The notes: generated from the letters alone by a model not told the origin. A stretch of DNA of 37,317 bases from Pseudobdellovibrionaceae bacterium (GCA_030591685.1 JAUVAX010000024.1:1-37317); one strand, 5' to 3'. Positions 1-9,970 are shown, counted from the stretch's first letter. Numbers and translations are program-made.

Positions 1-372
1 TGTCCCCAGTGTCAGATATAGATGACCAGTACTCTACGGCGAGCTTTTCATCTATGAGCCAGCAAATACAAACAGACTGCGACGACGCACTCCTCACCGG
101 CTGCTTTTAAGGTCCGGTGCTAGGCACAGGTCCAACATCTTGACTGTATTTTTTCGTCAATGGCTCTGTTGAGCCAATCATTCATTTTTTTTTGCCTGAG
201 ATGCCTTTGTAACAAGAAGGTGTTTTTTTTACCCCTGCGAACCCTTGTTATACCTGAGGGGGACCATTCTGGCTCGCGTCTCTATTTTTCACAAAATTTT
301 AAGTAATCCTCAAACTGAGGCTTTAAACGGGCACGGGTCCACTGGACTAAAGCCGCGATTCAAGGGCAAAAC

Positions 373-399
373 TGAAGTCTGTCCTAGATATGCCGAAAA
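373..399 (+). promoter_or_regulatory. sigma28 (FliA)-like promoter of motAB
   Basis: TGAA(373-376)-N15-GCCGAAAA(392-399) versus consensus TAAA-N15-GCCGATAA, directly upstream of a flagellar stator gene; RBS AAGGAG at 407-412. Confidence 0.55.
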
Positions 400-422
400 A
401 GACCCTAAGGAGAATTCACGTT

Positions 423-1283
423 ATGGGAATTGTTGGCTCGTTAATTGTTATTATATCTGTTTTTGGCGGCTTTTTAGCTGCCGGTGGTCACTTGACGGTG
501 ATTTGGCAGCCCTTTGAAGTGATCATTATTTGTGGTGCCGCACTGGGTGGGTTTATAACCGCCACACCTATACCTAGAATAAAAATGACCATGTCTCTTG
601 TTGTAAAAGCCATCTTTGGTAAACCTTATACTAAAAGAGAGTACCTCGATGCTTTACAAATGCTCTTTCAACTTTTTCAGATTTTTAGAAAAGACGGCCC
701 CCAAGCGGTAGAAAAACATATAGAAGAGCCCAATAGTAGTGAGATCTTTAAAGCCTACCCTAGTTTTAAGAAAAACCATCACGCCGTAGATTTTTTATGC
801 GATACAATGAAAATAACCCTCTCGGCTGATTTATCTCAATACGATGTGGATGAATTATTAGACCAAGATATAAAAGTCGGCCACGAAGAAGAGCACGCTT
901 GTCAAAGTGCCGTGGCCTCTGTGGGGGATGCTATGCCTGGGTTAGGGATTGTTGCCGCCGTACTGGGGATCGTGCATACGATGTCCTACCTAGATCAAGG
1001 GGTACAAACCATTGGTAACTTGGTGGCCGCTGCCCTAGTGGGTACTTTTTTAGGGATTTTACTTTCATACGGATTTTTACAACCTATCGCTACAAAAATG
1101 GGTGGGGATATTGAAAACGAAGGCCGGTATTTATCGGTGATAAAAGCGGCCATGGTCGCTTTGCAAAGGGGCGCTCCGCCTTTAGTTTGTATTGAGTTTG
1201 CAAGAAGGTCGATCTTTCCATCAGAGAGACCGACTTTTGAAGAGATGGATACCGCAAGTAAAGAAACAAAAAAAGCCGCCTAA
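423..1283 (+). CDS. motA: flagellar motor stator protein MotA
   Basis: Four hydrophobic segments; motifs WQPFEVIIICGAALG, RKDGPQAVEKHIE, PGLGIVAAVLG and ALVGTFLGIL. Start moved from 390 to ATG 423 because of the AAGGAG RBS and the promoter overlapping 390. Confidence 0.95.
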   Translation: MGIVGSLIVIISVFGGFLAAGGHLTVIWQPFEVIIICGAALGGFITATPIPRIKMTMSLVVKAIFGKPYTKREYLDALQMLFQLFQIFRKDGPQAVEKHIEEPNSSEIFKAYPSFKKNHHAVDFLCDTMKITLSADLSQYDVDELLDQDIKVGHEEEHACQSAVASVGDAMPGLGIVAAVLGIVHTMSYLDQGVQTIGNLVAAALVGTFLGILLSYGFLQPIATKMGGDIENEGRYLSVIKAAMVALQRGAPPLVCIEFARRSIFPSERPTFEEMDTASKETKKAA

Positions 1284-1298
1284 GAATAAGGAGTATTC

Positions 1299-2204
1299 GT
1301 GGCCGAAAAAGAACCTGTCATAGTTATAAAAAAAATCACAGTTCAGGCTGCTGGGCACCACGGTGGAGCTTGGAAGGTGGCCTTTGCTGATTTTATGACA
1401 GCCTTGATGGCGTTTTTTCTTGTTATGTGGCTTGTATCACAAACAGATGATGTTAAAAAAAATGTCGCCGATTACTTTTCTACCCCAAGTATAATTGAGT
1501 ATAACTTTTCAAACTACGGGGTCGAGCTGACACTAGAGAAATTATTTTTAGACCTAATCAATGAGCCCCTCCAGTTTTTTGAACAATTCATAAAGCCGGT
1601 CGATTACACGCCAAATATTATGGCCATGGGGTCTAAAAAAATAGTCATGCATCACATCGCTGATCAGCTTAGTGATGTGGCCGGTTCGGTAGAGATCTCA
1701 GGCAACACTATAGAGTTCGAAATCGAAGACAAGCATTTGTTTTTACCCGGCACAGCTCGGCCTAATACAAAGTTTGTAGAAATTATGGACAAAGTAAAAA
1801 AATTAACAGCCGGTTTAGAGGACTCTAACATATACCTCAACTCCATACTCTACATTCAGTCCGTTGAGGGGCAGCAAAAAAACAAGGCTAAAAACGTAGC
1901 CGAAGAGCGCTTAGACTTAATTTCAAAAAAAATAGAGGTAGGCCTAGAGCATGAACGAGTAGACCTTTTAGGTAAGACCACAGTAGAGGACTACCCAAAA
2001 CCGTTACCACACGGGCAGAGGCCTTCTGGTAAAATTAAAATAAAAATCACACAAAAAAGCTTCACTAAAGACGGAGAAGTACAAAGATCCCTCGACGAGG
2101 CCTTCGGTAACTCAGATGAGCAAATGGATATTTATCAAAATTTTGTAAAAAATATCTCATTGAGAAAAAAAATAAAAGACACCTCTAAAAATAAAAGTGA
2201 GTAA
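1299..2204 (+). CDS. motB: flagellar motor protein MotB with divergent periplasmic domain
   Basis: HHGGAWKVAFADFMTALMAFF motif with the conserved Asp; GTG start after AGGAG; directly follows motA. Confidence 0.9.
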   Translation: MAEKEPVIVIKKITVQAAGHHGGAWKVAFADFMTALMAFFLVMWLVSQTDDVKKNVADYFSTPSIIEYNFSNYGVELTLEKLFLDLINEPLQFFEQFIKPVDYTPNIMAMGSKKIVMHHIADQLSDVAGSVEISGNTIEFEIEDKHLFLPGTARPNTKFVEIMDKVKKLTAGLEDSNIYLNSILYIQSVEGQQKNKAKNVAEERLDLISKKIEVGLEHERVDLLGKTTVEDYPKPLPHGQRPSGKIKIKITQKSFTKDGEVQRSLDEAFGNSDEQMDIYQNFVKNISLRKKIKDTSKNKSE

Positions 2205-2279
2205 CTCTCGGGCGTGCTTATAGGTCAAGCGACTAGGCTAAAGTCAGGGTTTACAAAAGCACTATTTTTTTTAAAAACT

Positions 2280-2307
2280 TAAATTCTAAAAGTTAAACGA
2301 CCGATAT
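2280..2307 (+). promoter_or_regulatory. possible sigma28-like promoter for the HD-GYP gene
   Basis: TAAA(2280-2283)-N16-ACCGATAT(2300-2307), ending 7 nt before ATG 2315; the spacer is one base longer than consensus. Confidence 0.35.
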
Positions 2308-2314
2308 GTTAACT

Positions 2315-3292
2315 ATGAGCGAGAGTAAAAATAGTTTTATTGCCATCCCCATGAGTGAGTTTTCTGTTGGCTTACCATGCCCTGTTGATTTGTATGTGCA
2401 GCTTTCTTTATCTAAGTACGTTCTTGTTGTCAGAAGGGGCGAGAGGCCCGATCAAGATCGCTTTGATCAGTTTAGAGATCGTAATTTAACTCACCTTTGG
2501 GTCACAGAAGATGAGTACCAGGCGTTTACAAAACAAATAGTCCTCGTCGCAGGTGTCGCGGTATTAAAAAAGAATTTTTCAAATACTCTAAAAACAAAAT
2601 TTTTGGCAAATGCTGCGACTTCTGTATTTAGAGAGTTTGAAACAATAGGTTTAACAGCTGAAAACTACGAGTTTGCTAAAGACATCAACCAATCCACTCT
2701 ATCACTCATTGATTCGCAAACGTCCTTTCAACAAATACTAGATGACCTTAACCAATGTAGCGACGATGTCGTTAAGCACTCTATGGCAGTGAGTGTATTA
2801 AGTGTGCTTATTTCTAGTCAGTTGGGGTGGGAGTCTAAGATTAATATTGAAAAAGTATCTCTAGGGGCCATGCTTATTGATATAGGCCTTAAGCAGTTAC
2901 CAAAAGAAACAGTTTCAAAACCTATTATGAACATGACCCCTGAAGAGGTTTTTATGTACGAAACCCACCCTTTTAGAGGCATGGAGATGTGTCTACTTTT
3001 AGGCAACGTACCTGATGACGTGGTTTCGATTATTTATGAGCATGAAGAGAACATTATTGGTCAAGGCTACCCTCGGAGAATCAGAGCCTTTCGAATGCAT
3101 CCCATGGCCAGAGTGGTCTCGTTAGCTAACGCCTATGTGAGGCTTGTGTTGCCAACAAAAAACAACCCTGTGCCTAAAAACCATAGAGAGGCCTTAGTTT
3201 ACATTGAGCACACTCAAGGGCAGCCTCATGACAAAGAGGCCTTTAGCGCCCTTATCACAGTGGTGACACGGCAAAAATTAAAAGCATCTTGA
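2315..3292 (+). CDS. HD-GYP domain protein, degenerate active site
   Basis: KHSMAVS, LIDIG, ETHP, EHEE and GQGYP motifs in HD-GYP order; start is ATG 2315 or 2306. Confidence 0.8.
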   Translation: MSESKNSFIAIPMSEFSVGLPCPVDLYVQLSLSKYVLVVRRGERPDQDRFDQFRDRNLTHLWVTEDEYQAFTKQIVLVAGVAVLKKNFSNTLKTKFLANAATSVFREFETIGLTAENYEFAKDINQSTLSLIDSQTSFQQILDDLNQCSDDVVKHSMAVSVLSVLISSQLGWESKINIEKVSLGAMLIDIGLKQLPKETVSKPIMNMTPEEVFMYETHPFRGMEMCLLLGNVPDDVVSIIYEHEENIIGQGYPRRIRAFRMHPMARVVSLANAYVRLVLPTKNNPVPKNHREALVYIEHTQGQPHDKEAFSALITVVTRQKLKAS

Positions 3293-6200
3293 GACCAGGC
3301 GCCTGGCGCCAGACTTAACATCATCGGCGATGGCTATAAAGCTTGGAAAAAACAAACCCGTAAGTATAGACCCAAAAGCTAAGCCCCACCCTAAAGACAA
3401 TGCCAGAGGGACAATAAAGGGGTCGTCCCCCCCCACACCAAAAATTTTATATAAAAACCCACCATAAGCCGTCGGCAGCAAGCCGCAAACGGTAGTTGTA
3501 GTTGTGAGTACAATGGGCCTAAGGCGCGTTGTAGCGGCCTCAATAATCGATTCATCCCGTGAGCCGCCCCGAGCCCTTAGCTTATTAACAAAATCAATCA
3601 TGACAATAGAGTTATTTACAATCACCCCAGCAAGAGCAATAACACCTAATAGGGCCATAAAACTAAACGGTCTATTATGCACCGCCATGGCCACCGAAAC
3701 ACCCATAAACCCCAAAGGCACAGAGGTTAAAATAAGCACCGGCTGCACAAAACTTTTAAACGTCACAATGAGTAAACAAAATATTAAAGTGGCTGCCACA
3801 ATAAAAGCATAACCCAGCGACTGCATGGACTCTTGAGTGTCCTCGCTCTCACCACTGTATTTAATTTCATAATTAGGATAATTTTTTAAAATATTTTTTA
3901 TTTGGGGGGCAACAAGTTTAATCGTAGCATTGGCCGTGGTTTTTTTAGTGTCTACATCTCCTGAAATATTAACCACTCTTTTAAAATTAATGTGTGAGAT
4001 AGCACTCATTGTGGGTGATTTTTTAAAATCCGCCACAGAGCTTAACGAAATTAAGTTCCCCTTTGAATTGCCAACTTTAACGGTTTTGAGTTGCTCAAGT
4101 ATGGGGCCTTTTAATTGAACTTGTTTAACTAAAATATCTATCTCTTCGTCAAAGTCCCTAATAGTACTGGCTGTTAAGCCAGCAAAAGAGGCCCTGAGCG
4201 TTTGCGCAATTAAAGAAGAGCTTAACCCAGAGGCCACAACATCCTTGCTTCGTGGGAGCACCTGCCACTCATCCTTGCCCCTTATATAAGAGTCCCTTAA
4301 GTCAGTGACGCCCTCGATTTTTAAAAGCTCCACGGATATTTTTTCACTAATCTCAGTTAGGGTTTTAAAATCTTTGCCTAAAATATTAATAGATAAAGCT
4401 CGACCCTGCGGAGGGCCCTCTTTGGCAAAATCCACGTTGATTTTTACGAGCCCCTCGGGAAGGCCTATTTTTTTACGGACCTCCTCTGAAATCTCTCGAA
4501 CACTTCTTTGCCTTGTATGCTTAGGGGTTAAGGTCACTCGGATATTGGCATAGTTAGACCCCCTTCTTGTTTGTGGGTCATTGGGGTGTTGGCGCACAAG
4601 CCCAATAATAGAGACAAAATCTTTAAGCTCCGATGCTGGTAGATTATTAATAGTTTTCTCAATGGGTTTTAGCTTTTCGGACATTTGCTCTAAGCTCATC
4701 CCCTTAGGCCCCTCAACTTGTACAAAAAAGAATCGCTCCCCCTCAGACGGAAACAAAATAAACCGACCCGTGACTTTTAACAAAACACCAATGCCGACAA
4801 ATAAAGTTAAAATCACCCCGAGCATTTGATATCTTTTACTTAAAGTCCAGCGGACATAACGGTTGTATTTTAAAACATACTTATCATACCAACGAGTCGA
4901 TGGGGTGGGTAATTTAGGGGCCTGTTTTTTTCGTTTAATACTCGGCCCCACCCACGATACAAAGTGGGCCGGCATAATGATGAAGGCTTCAAATAAAGAA
5001 AAGAACAACGCGATAATAACCATTTGTGGTATTTCGTAAATAAACTTTCCAAAAATCCCAGTCATAAACAGCATAGGGGCAAAGGCACAAACTGTGGTTA
5101 AAACAGAGGCGAGCACGGGCCCAAAAACCTCCATAGTTCCGGTAACAACAGCCTGCTGCATAGGTAGGCCCGACTCGACATGTCGCCAAATATTTTCACT
5201 CACAACAATGGCATCATCAACAAGCATGCCGAGTACAATAATTAATCCAATCAGGCTAATGAGATTTATTGTGGAACCCATAAGAAAAATAGCACAAACC
5301 GCCGATAACAGAGCAATGGGCAGACCTAAAGACACCACAAGCGTAACTTGCCAAGGTAAAAATAAAGTTAAAACAATAATAACTAACAACAGACCTATAA
5401 GTAAGTTCGAGCTCAAGGTGTTTAATCGAATTTTTAAATACTGAGAAAAATCATTAGTAAACCCTACAGTAATGCCGTCCGGCAGTTGTGCCCCCCATGA
5501 CTGCACCTCTTTAGTGAGCCTTTCAACAAGCTTTAAAGCATCAGCATTTGATTTTTTAAGAACAAGGAGGTTTATAGATTTTTGACCATTTGTTTTATAC
5601 AAAATAGAAGGGTCAGCAAAGGTCTCTTTAACGGTGGCCACATCTTTAATTTTTGTACTAAACCCCGAAAAGTTAGCTTTAATAACAGTGTTTTCAATTT
5701 CGGCCAGAGTTTTAAGCTCAGATTCAGTTTTAAGTAAAATTTGATTATTTTGCTCATTGTAAGCATGGCCTGAGGGCAGGGTAATGTTATTTGCCTTTAT
5801 GGCATTAACAATATCAATAAGAGAAACTTCATTTTTAGCAAGGCGCGCAGGGTTTGTATTAATATGTATTTCTTTATCGAGGTAACCGCTTTTTGTAACC
5901 TTACCGACGCCTTTTAAAAGAGTGAGCTTTTCGTAGTAGTTTTTTGCTACTTGGCGGGTGAGGCGTTCATTACCGCCTCCCGAGATAGCCAGCTCAATGA
6001 CAGGCCTCATGCTCGTATTGGCCTCTTTAACTAAAGGGTCACTGGCCGCTGAGGGGAGGGTTGTGATTGAGTCCACAGCCGACCTTAGGTCACGGTTTGT
6101 TTTAACGTTATCTCGGGCGTTAGGGTCGAGTTGTACAACAACAACCGCCGTCCCCTCAGTCGCTGTTGAGAATACTTTTTTTATACCCTCAACCTCTCTT

Positions 6201-6415
6201 AAGGCTTCTTCAATAGGGTTAACAATGAGGTTTTCAACTTGTGAGGGCGAAGCTCCGGGGATAGAGGTCACAACGGTTGTCGTGTCAAAATCTACACTGG
6301 GCCATATTTCGCGCCGAATAAGTATTAACGAGGCGATGCCAAATAAGAGCAATACAAAGGTGAGTAAATTACCTAAAAGATGCTCTTTTGCGAAAAATCG
6401 TACGATGCCTGTCAT
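3278..6415 (-). CDS. RND-family (AcrB/AcrD/AcrF-like) transporter permease
   Basis: 1045 aa with two large periplasmic loops; GASPSQVEN, GMLVDDAIVVSENI and RLRPIVLT motifs. Confidence 0.92.
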   Translation of the reverse strand: MTGIVRFFAKEHLLGNLLTFVLLLFGIASLILIRREIWPSVDFDTTTVVTSIPGASPSQVENLIVNPIEEALREVEGIKKVFSTATEGTAVVVVQLDPNARDNVKTNRDLRSAVDSITTLPSAASDPLVKEANTSMRPVIELAISGGGNERLTRQVAKNYYEKLTLLKGVGKVTKSGYLDKEIHINTNPARLAKNEVSLIDIVNAIKANNITLPSGHAYNEQNNQILLKTESELKTLAEIENTVIKANFSGFSTKIKDVATVKETFADPSILYKTNGQKSINLLVLKKSNADALKLVERLTKEVQSWGAQLPDGITVGFTNDFSQYLKIRLNTLSSNLLIGLLLVIIVLTLFLPWQVTLVVSLGLPIALLSAVCAIFLMGSTINLISLIGLIIVLGMLVDDAIVVSENIWRHVESGLPMQQAVVTGTMEVFGPVLASVLTTVCAFAPMLFMTGIFGKFIYEIPQMVIIALFFSLFEAFIIMPAHFVSWVGPSIKRKKQAPKLPTPSTRWYDKYVLKYNRYVRWTLSKRYQMLGVILTLFVGIGVLLKVTGRFILFPSEGERFFFVQVEGPKGMSLEQMSEKLKPIEKTINNLPASELKDFVSIIGLVRQHPNDPQTRRGSNYANIRVTLTPKHTRQRSVREISEEVRKKIGLPEGLVKINVDFAKEGPPQGRALSINILGKDFKTLTEISEKISVELLKIEGVTDLRDSYIRGKDEWQVLPRSKDVVASGLSSSLIAQTLRASFAGLTASTIRDFDEEIDILVKQVQLKGPILEQLKTVKVGNSKGNLISLSSVADFKKSPTMSAISHINFKRVVNISGDVDTKKTTANATIKLVAPQIKNILKNYPNYEIKYSGESEDTQESMQSLGYAFIVAATLIFCLLIVTFKSFVQPVLILTSVPLGFMGVSVAMAVHNRPFSFMALLGVIALAGVIVNNSIVMIDFVNKLRARGGSRDESIIEAATTRLRPIVLTTTTTVCGLLPTAYGGFLYKIFGVGGDDPFIVPLALSLGWGLAFGSILTGLFFPSFIAIADDVKSGARRLVSRCF

Positions 6416-6577
6416 AGGGGAGTGTCCGCCTGTTTATTCAGTAAAGCTGAGCATATACATAAGTAAGGGCCATTGCTAGGGGTCTGATGACATATTTAAA
6501 CTCACTTTTTAATTAAACTACGGTTGCTGAAAGAAGAGGGGCTATGATAGGCTCCCTGACTGAGAAACGAGGCCTTA

Positions 6578-7408
6578 ATGAGCTTAAATATACCCTGGAA
6601 AGACGCCACCCTAATTGCCCTTGATCTTGAAACTTCTGGCCAGTACCCCATTCAATCTGAAATCTGCGAAATTGGAGCTGTTAAATGGAAGGGCGGGGAG
6701 ATTATTGATAGATACTCCACCCTCATTAAGCCCACCCGTATAATGAGCCCCGAAGTGATTAAAATTCATAATATCACAAACGAAATGGTGGCGAACGCTC
6801 CTTCGATTACAGAGATGCTCCCCTCACTGGATGCCTTTATTGCTGATGGATACATAATGGCCCACCATGCCCCCTTTGATATTGGTTTTTTAACCCTTGA
6901 GTATGAAAAGCATAATATGAGGCTGCCTCTTAAACCTGTTTTTTGCACAAGTCTTCTTTCAAGACGGGTGATCAAGGGGACCGAAAACCACAAGCTACAA
7001 ACACTCATCAAGCATTTTGGTATTGATGGGGGCAAAGCTCACCGTGCTGACGATGATGCAAAAGCCTGTTTAGAGGTGGCGTTTAAATGCTTTGAGGTCG
7101 TAGGCCCTAACCCCACTTTAGAAGATCTTTTTAAAGCCCAAAACCGCAAGCTTCACTGGTCTCAATACTCAATTGAGACCTTAACAAAAAGCTTAGCTTT
7201 TAGCCCTCTTGTCGAGGCCTGTCGGCAACAAAAGCCTCTTCACCTTAGGTATAGAGGGGGGTCAAGCCCCGGCACCACTCGGCTAGTTTACCCACAAGGG
7301 GTTGTGCGCAGCCCGACAGGTGATTTTTTAGTCGCCAGTGATGAGCCCGGCGGCATTGTTAAAAGGTTTTACTTAGCTAAAATAAATGAATGTGCCGTTG
7401 TGGATTAA
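6578..7408 (+). CDS. DEDDh (DnaQ-like) 3'-5' exonuclease with C-terminal WYL-like domain
   Basis: ExoI DLETSG, ExoII HHAPFD and ExoIII HRADDDA; C-terminus LHLRY..TRLVYP..FLVA..KRFYLAKI resembles a WYL fold. Confidence 0.85.
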   Translation: MSLNIPWKDATLIALDLETSGQYPIQSEICEIGAVKWKGGEIIDRYSTLIKPTRIMSPEVIKIHNITNEMVANAPSITEMLPSLDAFIADGYIMAHHAPFDIGFLTLEYEKHNMRLPLKPVFCTSLLSRRVIKGTENHKLQTLIKHFGIDGGKAHRADDDAKACLEVAFKCFEVVGPNPTLEDLFKAQNRKLHWSQYSIETLTKSLAFSPLVEACRQQKPLHLRYRGGSSPGTTRLVYPQGVVRSPTGDFLVASDEPGGIVKRFYLAKINECAVVD

Positions 7409-8373
7409 TTTTTTTTAGGCTCTTTGGTGTCAGTACTCTCTTTTAGGGCCTCTGCTTTTTTATGTTCTTCGTCAAGCCCCTGAACTTTAAGTGTGAGTTC
7501 ATTACCAAGGTCCTCAAGGTGCAAAAATTCGTCGTGGGCGCGAAGCCTTAAAAATCTGTAATTACCCTCAACGAGGTCTTTTAAGTAAAGTTCAAAAGCA
7601 TACAGTGGACCCGCTATTCTATGGCTCAGTATTCGCCCAATCACAAATAAAAAGATCACAAACCCTAAGCTGATTAATAAAAAGGTGTACAAATAGGGGA
7701 TTAAAAATTGAGCCTCGGCCTGTTTTGTAGAGCCTACTGTGATTTCATCAATCATAATTTTCATATAAGTGTAATTAAAAACCCCTATTATAATAGCAAA
7801 CGCTGAACCCACAGATATAAGTACAAATATATATTTAAGTTGAAACTGAGGGTTCACCCAAATGCGTTTACGCGTGTTTTTAGTGGGCCAAAGCAGGTGA
7901 CCATCGCGAACAAGGGCATAGACCACCATAATGTATCCCACCCACTGTATGGCATCGGCAAAGTTAAATGCAGGGGTGTGAAAATTTCGAGTGCCTAAAA
8001 TAATAAAATCAACAACAGACCCCCAGAGGGTTCGATCGGTGACATTACCTAATATACCGCCGAGTAAAAACGACATCCCCACCCTTAGCATGATAGATTT
8101 CATGGGGAGCAGGTACTGAATCACAGCGTACACAAAAATTAAAAAAGCCCCTCCGGTTGATAATGTGACAATCCTTAATACAGGGGGCAGGTCTGAAAAC
8201 ATGCCCAGCATGGCCCCCGGATTGCGATGGAGTACCCAGCCTATTGGACCCCAAAACTTTAACGTGTTGGGGGAAATAGCGGCAAGCGCCCACTGCTTAG
8301 TCCCAAAATCAATGAACCACACCAAAAAAACAGCACCTATAATATAATACCAATCTGTATTTTTAACCTTCAT
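7405..8373 (-). CDS. lspA: lipoprotein signal peptidase II with C-terminal two-TM/HAMP-like extension
   Basis: NPGAMLG, GNVTDR, VVDFI and AFNFAD (both catalytic Asp present); about 160 extra residues follow. Confidence 0.85.
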   Translation of the reverse strand: MKVKNTDWYYIIGAVFLVWFIDFGTKQWALAAISPNTLKFWGPIGWVLHRNPGAMLGMFSDLPPVLRIVTLSTGGAFLIFVYAVIQYLLPMKSIMLRVGMSFLLGGILGNVTDRTLWGSVVDFIILGTRNFHTPAFNFADAIQWVGYIMVVYALVRDGHLLWPTKNTRKRIWVNPQFQLKYIFVLISVGSAFAIIIGVFNYTYMKIMIDEITVGSTKQAEAQFLIPYLYTFLLISLGFVIFLFVIGRILSHRIAGPLYAFELYLKDLVEGNYRFLRLRAHDEFLHLEDLGNELTLKVQGLDEEHKKAEALKESTDTKEPKKN

Positions 8374-8530
8374 AGTAGATTATTTTAACAACTGTTTTGT
8401 GGGGGTAAAAGGTAATAGTTTTAAGCTAGACCTGGACACGAAAAAAATAGGATCCAAGTAATGCGACGCAAAAGTCTAGGTCGTAAACCGGCTCAAGTAG
8501 TGGTAGCCTTTTGCCAAAGGGGAGAAACAA

Positions 8531-9970
8531 GTGAAGCTCACAGTATTGCTTATTTTTTTATTTTCAGCTCATTTGCAAGCACAGCCAAAGAGCTGGGGTG
8601 AAGAGTTAAAAAGTAAAATCAAAAGTCTTGTTAAAAAAAGTGCCCTAAAAAAAGAGCACCTAGGGGTTTATATTAGTTATGAGGCCTTTGATAAGGACAC
8701 TTCGCTTTTCGAGTTAAACTCGAGTAAAAAAATGATCCCCGCCTCTTTAAGTAAACTGTTTACAGCTGGGGCTGTGCTGACAAAGTTTAAAAATGGATAT
8801 AAATTTAAAACTCAGCTTGTAACCCCTTCTCCTATTGAAAAAAATATTCTCAAAGGTGATTTGTACTTAGTGGGCGGCGGGGACCCGGCGTTTGTGTCTG
8901 AATCCCTCTGGAATTTAGTAAATAAGTTTACCCGCACAGGTATTTTAGAGATTGAGGGCAATATTGTTGTGGATGCCAGTATGTTTGATAATGTACGCTT
9001 TGACCCGGGTCGAGACCCCTCACGGGTGGACAGGGCTTACGATGCCCCCATAGGCGCTATGTCTTTTAACTGGAATAGTGTAAATATATTTTCAAGGCCC
9101 AACACTCAAAGGGGCCAAGGAGTAAAAGTGGTTGCTGACCCCTTAAGTCAGTATATTGAACTAAAAAACAGGGCCATCACAGGGGCTAGAGGGTCTAAAA
9201 ATACCATAGCCATAACACGTACTAAAAACGAAAAAACAAAAAAAGATTTAATTACAGTGACCGGCTCGCTACCGCTTGGACATAAAGAGATCGTTTCATA
9301 TAAGGGGATCTCTAGCCCCAGTCTATGGAGTGGTGACAACTTAAAGGCCTTTTTAAACCGCCGAGGTGTTCAGGTGAGGGGTGTCGTTAAGGTGGGTCAA
9401 GCCCCTCGGTCTGTACAGGTCCTTGCCGAAGAGGAGAGTCAGCCCCTTGAGCGCCATGTGAGCGATATGATGAAGTTTTCAAATAACTATATCGCAGAAA
9501 TGCTCACAAAAAATCTCTCAGTTTTGGCAGGGCACAGGCCCGGAAACATGACCAGTGGGCTTGAGCAAATTAAAAAATTTATCATCCGCTCAGGGGTGAG
9601 TGTAAATGATTTTACCCTTGTAAACCCCTCAGGGCTTTCAAGAAAAAATAAATTTAAACCAAAAAGTATAGCTCAGGTTTTAAACCATTTAAAAAGTCAG
9701 TATAGAAACTTTCCAGAGTACTTAGTGGCCCTCCCCGTCGCCGGAGTGGACGGCACACTCAAAAAACGATTTAGGGGTTCAAATGTGAAGGCCTGGATTC
9801 GAGCCAAAACCGGTCGCCTCAATGGTGTCATCGGGCTTGCCGGTTTTGCTAAAAGTAAAAGAAAGCCTCTTTTTACCTTTGTGGTGCTTTTTAACGGCCC
9901 CCATTCGCAGCTTAACAAAGCCATGCAGTTGTCAGACCGTATAGCTAAACTATTAGTCAATGAGTCTTAA
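8531..9970 (+). CDS. dacB: D-alanyl-D-alanine carboxypeptidase/endopeptidase PBP4 (peptidase S13)
   Basis: Signal peptide; PASLSK (SxxK), GGGDP, SNN, SGLSR and KTG motifs. Confidence 0.93.
   Translation: MKLTVLLIFLFSAHLQAQPKSWGEELKSKIKSLVKKSALKKEHLGVYISYEAFDKDTSLFELNSSKKMIPASLSKLFTAGAVLTKFKNGYKFKTQLVTPSPIEKNILKGDLYLVGGGDPAFVSESLWNLVNKFTRTGILEIEGNIVVDASMFDNVRFDPGRDPSRVDRAYDAPIGAMSFNWNSVNIFSRPNTQRGQGVKVVADPLSQYIELKNRAITGARGSKNTIAITRTKNEKTKKDLITVTGSLPLGHKEIVSYKGISSPSLWSGDNLKAFLNRRGVQVRGVVKVGQAPRSVQVLAEEESQPLERHVSDMMKFSNNYIAEMLTKNLSVLAGHRPGNMTSGLEQIKKFIIRSGVSVNDFTLVNPSGLSRKNKFKPKSIAQVLNHLKSQYRNFPEYLVALPVAGVDGTLKKRFRGSNVKAWIRAKTGRLNGVIGLAGFAKSKRKPLFTFVVLFNGPHSQLNKAMQLSDRIAKLLVNES

Noticed and set aside
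1..110. Open frame ending ...DCDDALLTGCF* at the window start
   Set aside because: Could be the 3' end of an upstream gene, but it is too short and has no recognisable motif.
245..517. 90-aa ORF overlapping the motA start
   Set aside because: Overlaps the motA promoter and CDS in another frame and has no motif.
3504..6479. Several + strand ORFs within the RND gene
   Set aside because: Antisense shadows of a well-supported CDS; the same applies to short antisense ORFs in dacB, ftsI, the mur genes and ftsZ.
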